34,463 nucleotides of DNA from Thraustochytrium aureum. Its lineage: Eukaryota. Position 1 is the first letter of the stretch; the number at the start of each line of letters is the position of its first letter. The notes beneath the pieces are model-generated. The model did not search any database and was not told where the DNA came from. It was given only the letters and a program-made list of their open reading frames with translations. Shown here piece by piece: positions 30,427 to 34,463 of this stretch. The stretch is taken from positions 127,624 to 162,086 of the forward strand of contig BLSG01000345.1 in assembly GCA_012862495.1 (NCBI GenBank), in the 5' to 3' direction. Both the position numbers and the translations under genes were made by a program.

Positions 30427-31436
30427 ATGAGACTACTCTTGCAGTCCAGGCGGCCAATTGCATTCCGCGATTCCGGCGGCCGCGATGGACGGGCGCCAAG
30501 CGCAGACCGACGCGGCATCGACCGCGGCCTTCTCTCTGTTTGCTGCGGGTGCGCTGTGGCGGCTCTGGTGCGCCCGACCAGGCGCTGCCAGGGCTTCCTT
30601 GTCGGACTGCAACAGGGACAAGGAGGCCCTCGAGGTGCTCTCCGAGCTGTACCATCGGCGCGGCCGGCAGGACAACGCACTGCGCTGCGCGACGTGAGGC
30701 ACACGATGGTCATGCCGAATAATCGCGAGCTGGAGCGACTTGGACTGAAGAGCGGCGAGAGCTGGAAGGCCTTCCAGGACGACGTCGACAGAAGGCGCGA
30801 AGCCGACCCCTCGACTCGGGTCGTGTTCATGTTGAGGCATGGGCAGGCGCTTCACAACGTGCACGAACAGCGCGTTGGCGTGGCGAGATGGAACGCGTTT
30901 GAGTCGCGCAAGCCTGTCTACACGGACTCGCCGCTCACAGACCTCGGCCGGTCGCAGTGCGCCGCCCTGGCCGCGGCCTTCGCCAAGGCGCACAAGCAAG
31001 GCCTCCGTGTGGACGCGATCATCGTTTCGCCCTTGTCGCGCGCCATTGAGACAGCCAAGCTCGCTCTTGCCGAGATCTGGGACTCTGTCCCAATCTTCGC
31101 CGTGGAGATGTGCCGCGAGCGGTTTGGCAACTGCCTTTCAGAGAAGCGCAGCTCCGTCCGCGACTTGAGCCTGCTTTTCCCAGAAGTCAACTTTGACCTC
31201 TTTATGGAGGCAGACGACGACATTTGGCACAGGCAAGAGCGCGAGTCGCTCGAAGAGCTCAGCGACCGCTCGCACCGGTTTTCGCCTGGCTTGAGGCCAC
31301 GCCTTGGCGCACGGTTGTTGTCGCGAACCACAGCGCGTTCATTGCCAGCTCGACCGAGGAGCTAACCGGACACGCCCACTTTCCAGCCAACTGCGAGATG
31401 GTGCCGCTCGTGCTCGCCGCGCGTCCCGAAGAGTGA
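30427..31436 (+). CDS. Histidine phosphatase (phosphoglycerate-mutase-like, PMU1-type); start uncertain, apparent frameshift ~31280
   Basis: MLRHGQALHN, DSPLTDLG, IVSPLSRAIET, CRE, RES and, in the shifted frame, VVVANHSAFI and ANCE. Confidence 0.85.
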
Positions 31437-32230
31437 AGCAGGCCTCCTTTCGAGCAGCAGCCACGCGTTGACTCCAGCGGACCTTTCAGGGCTCGGGCCG
31501 CCCCAGCTTCAGCCGAACCCGCCACCAACGTTCCGACCGCGTCGTGGCCGTCGTGCAATTTGTGGAGCGTGCCAAATCGGCGGGCCATCACCGCTAAACC
31601 GGCATCTTCTTGACGACTGCCTCGGGCTTGCACTGCAGTCTGCGCAACTCGCGTTGCTGGGCCTGCTTGGGACCCGAACGCGTCATGCAGATTGACGCGA
31701 GCCAGCTCGAGGATGACGAACATCAACATCCATCGCCGTCTCGATGAAGGTGGTTTTTTGAATTGAATTTGCCTTGCGCACGATCCGCTGAGTACCGGTG
31801 CGTCCGGGGACTGCCTGAAACGCAGGATTGATACACCGATTCTCCGCCGATCTCGCCGCGATTTTTGAGACTCGTCCCTTGCGCCCCAGCACCGCGGTTA
31901 GAGACCCAACAACGCGACTGTCGCGAGCCCAACGCGAACGCAAGTGCGCGCGCAGCGTTCGAGCGCAGGCCGCAGATCGATCTCGCGCTGGCGGGCTTTG
32001 CAGGCGGACGCGTGCGTGCGTGCGCGCACGGACGGACGCACGGACCGTCCGGGACGGCCCCTGCAAGCGGCTCGAAAACCGCTTCGTTGCGCGGCCAGAC
32101 GAGATCTTGGATCATCTTGCAAACAAGTCAGACGCAACTCGCGTCCATCCCTGGGCCGGCGCGGGGCTGAACCCAACCAACTGCCAGCGAGCTCGCGTTA
32201 CACCGTGGCCGCCGAGCCAGCGCCGGGGAC

Positions 32231-34463
32231 ATGCCGCGAGATGGCGTGGCCCACGTTGACCTAGGGTTGGCCGAGGTGAGGGCGGCTGGCCGGCTTTGGG
32301 CCCCTGCGAAGGGTCGGCCGGAGGCTGACAACCCACACGGACTGTTCTGCATCGTGCGAAATGCCCCAAGACGGAAGAACAGCATCACGAGGCCCGCCTT
32401 TTCGAGCTGCGCGTTCGCGCCGCGGGGCGACGAGCTCGTTGCCGTCGACGAGTTTGGCTCCATGCTCGCGCTGCGCGTTGTCGGCGGCCACTTCTCAGAG
32501 GTTCGCAACCTCGGCTCGAGAGCGCATGCACTAGCGTTTGCGCCAAACCTACCTCGAGAGGTTCTCGTTGGACTGGCCGACAGGTCCGTCCTCGCGGTCG
32601 ACATCGACAGCCCGAGCACTGACGACTACGGAATCAAGCGCCTCGGCGGGCATCGGCACGCCGTGCACAGCATATCATACCACCCAACCTGGAACCTCGC
32701 TGCAACCGCCTCGGCAGACAAGGTCGCCATGTGGGACACGGCCGACTGGACCTGCACAAAAAAGCTCGGCGGCGGCACCGGGGTGGTGCAAGCCACCTTC
32801 ACGCCGCGGGGAGACCTGCTTTTGGTGGCTTTCCGCAACTCGGACATACTCGGGTGGGGGGCGTCTTCATTCGACCTCCTCGCCCGCCTTGCGCCTCAGG
32901 TGCCAAGCAACCACCCCGCGTACTCTGGCGGCGCTGCCGAGGCGTCGTGCAACCTGACCTGTTTTTGCGTCTCGCCAGACTCCCGCTACGTCGTCGCCGG
33001 GGGCCACGGCCCGCTTCTGTTCGTGTGGGAGCTCCGCGCCCAATCGCTGGTGCGCGTCGTCGAGCTTCCGTCAGCGGTCTCGCGCGTGGAGCAGATTGCA
33101 TTCATGCCAGACAACTTTGCCGTGTGTGTGCTCGGCGACGACGGCGCCATCCGCGTCGTCCAGGTCGTGGGCTCCACGACGACCCGCATCTTGCTCGAGC
33201 TTCGAGGCGAGACCGCGCAGTACCTGTCGTTTGCGCTGGCGCCGCCGGACGCGCAGCTTCCGCCGGGGCGCTTAGTGATGGTACCTTGGCTCTGCACGAC
33301 CTCGAGGCCGCGCAGCGCTACCGCCAGCGGGCGCTAAAGTCGCGCGCGCAGATGGGCGGCGAAGCGCCGCGGCCGACGCAGCGCAGCCAGAGGGCAGCGT
33401 GCATCGGGAGGGCGACCGCCAGGCAAGTTTTTTAGCCAGCTTTTCCACGTTTCGGCCCGCCGCTCCACGCGTGGAAAAGGCAGCCGCTTCGGACGACGAC
33501 TTGCCGCTGCGCGGCGCTCTTGCTGCAAGCTCCAGCCCGCCGCGCCGGCCCCAAAGCGCCCCCCGCCACCGCCCGAGGATGACTCACTCGAGTCGAAGGG
33601 CGAGTCCGGGCCAGCTTCGACCGCGTTTCGCGAGTTCGAAGACGCTGCGGCAGGGGCGGCAGGGGCTGCAGTGACTGCGGCTCCGTCTCGGCTCCAGGAA
33701 GGCCAAGCCAGACAGCCGCTTCGTGCAAGCCGGTCTCGTGAAAACGAGCTGCTGGGCGGAGCCGCCTTTGCTGCGGCTGGCGCGAGAGCTGAGCAAAGAA
33801 GACGTCCAGCTGAATCGAGCGCGCCTGCAAAAGATGGCCGACCACTTCGGCGAGTTCCCTGACCAGTACCGCACACTTGTGTGGCGCTTCCTCCTCGCAC
33901 TTCCCGAGAACAGCGCCGCGTACACAAACCTGACGCGCAAGGGTGCCAATCCGGCGTGGGCCGACCTGCACGCAAAGTTCCCGGTGCGCAGCCCGCAGGT
34001 GTTTGCGCGCTTCGAGCGCATCCTGTTCGCCCTGGCTCATTGGTGCCCCCTTTTTGAGCAGTGTTCGTTTCTCCCAGCGCTCGTGTTTCCCTTCGTCAAG
34101 GCGTTTGGCACGGACGAACTTGCAGCGTTTGAGACGGTGCTTACTGTCCTGTTTCGCGTGTGTGGGGACTGGTTTGAGGCATTCCCCCACCCGCCAGTGT
34201 TTGTGCTCGCTCGGGTGGAGAAGCTCTTGGGGCGCATTGACGCGGGGCTTTTGGCGCACCTTGAGCAGACCGAGGTCACGAGCGAAGCGTATGCGTGGCC
34301 AGTTCTGCGCTCCTTGTTCAGCGAGGTCCTCGACAAGGACCAGTGGCTGCGGCTCTGGGACAACCTCTTCGTGAGGCTCGACGACGCCGCCCGCTTGCTA
34401 GAGGTGGCTTGCGTCGCCTACTTGCGCTACTTCCGCAACACCATCCTCTCGCTCAAGCGCGGC
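32231..34463 (+). CDS. TBC1D31: TBC1 domain family member 31 (WD40 repeats + Rab-GAP TBC domain); frameshifts near 33258 and in the linker; runs off the window
   Basis: WD40 N-terminus (GRLW, AFAPRGD, LGGHRHAVHSIS, MWDT). The downstream frame reads LNRARL..FGEFPDQYRTLVWRFLLALPEN..ALAHW..LPALVFPFVK..WFEAFPHPP..AWPVLRSLFSEVL..WLRLWDNLF, typical of TBC1D31/WDR67. Confidence 0.9.

Noticed and set aside
279..34463. Calling the frameshifted genes pseudogenes
   Set aside because: Motifs are intact, there are no extra stop codons, and conserved genes such as TBC1D31 are affected, so sequencing error is more plausible.

Overview
GC-rich, gene-dense, intron-poor eukaryotic DNA. It has short GT-AG introns with CTGAC branch sites and carries ORC4, ARL2 and the centriolar/ciliary gene TBC1D31. 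This suggests a flagellated protist; a stramenopile such as a labyrinthulomycete is my guess, not something the sequence proves. The window has 7 N-gaps, and many genes carry single-base frameshifts that look like sequencing errors. Genes in order: Baeyer-Villiger-type flavin monooxygenase, COX23-like twin CX9C protein, PH-domain CaMK-like kinase, membrane-anchored A1 aspartic protease, DxD glycosyltransferase-like protein, MGRN1/LOG2-like RING E3, acidic IQ/coiled-coil protein, ARL2, stand-alone MEKHLA protein, ORC4, an IS630/Tc1/mariner-type transposase with unusually long D-E spacing, a FabG/CBR4-like SDR, an aldo-keto reductase fused to a sugar-phosphate cyclase, a histidine phosphatase, and TBC1D31. 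The most notable item is the AKR-cyclase fusion (25332-28032). Its cyclase motifs resemble bacterial 2-deoxy-scyllo-inosose synthase more than dehydroquinate synthase, which suggests a single-polypeptide route to a deoxy-inositol (quercitol-type) cyclitol in a eukaryote.
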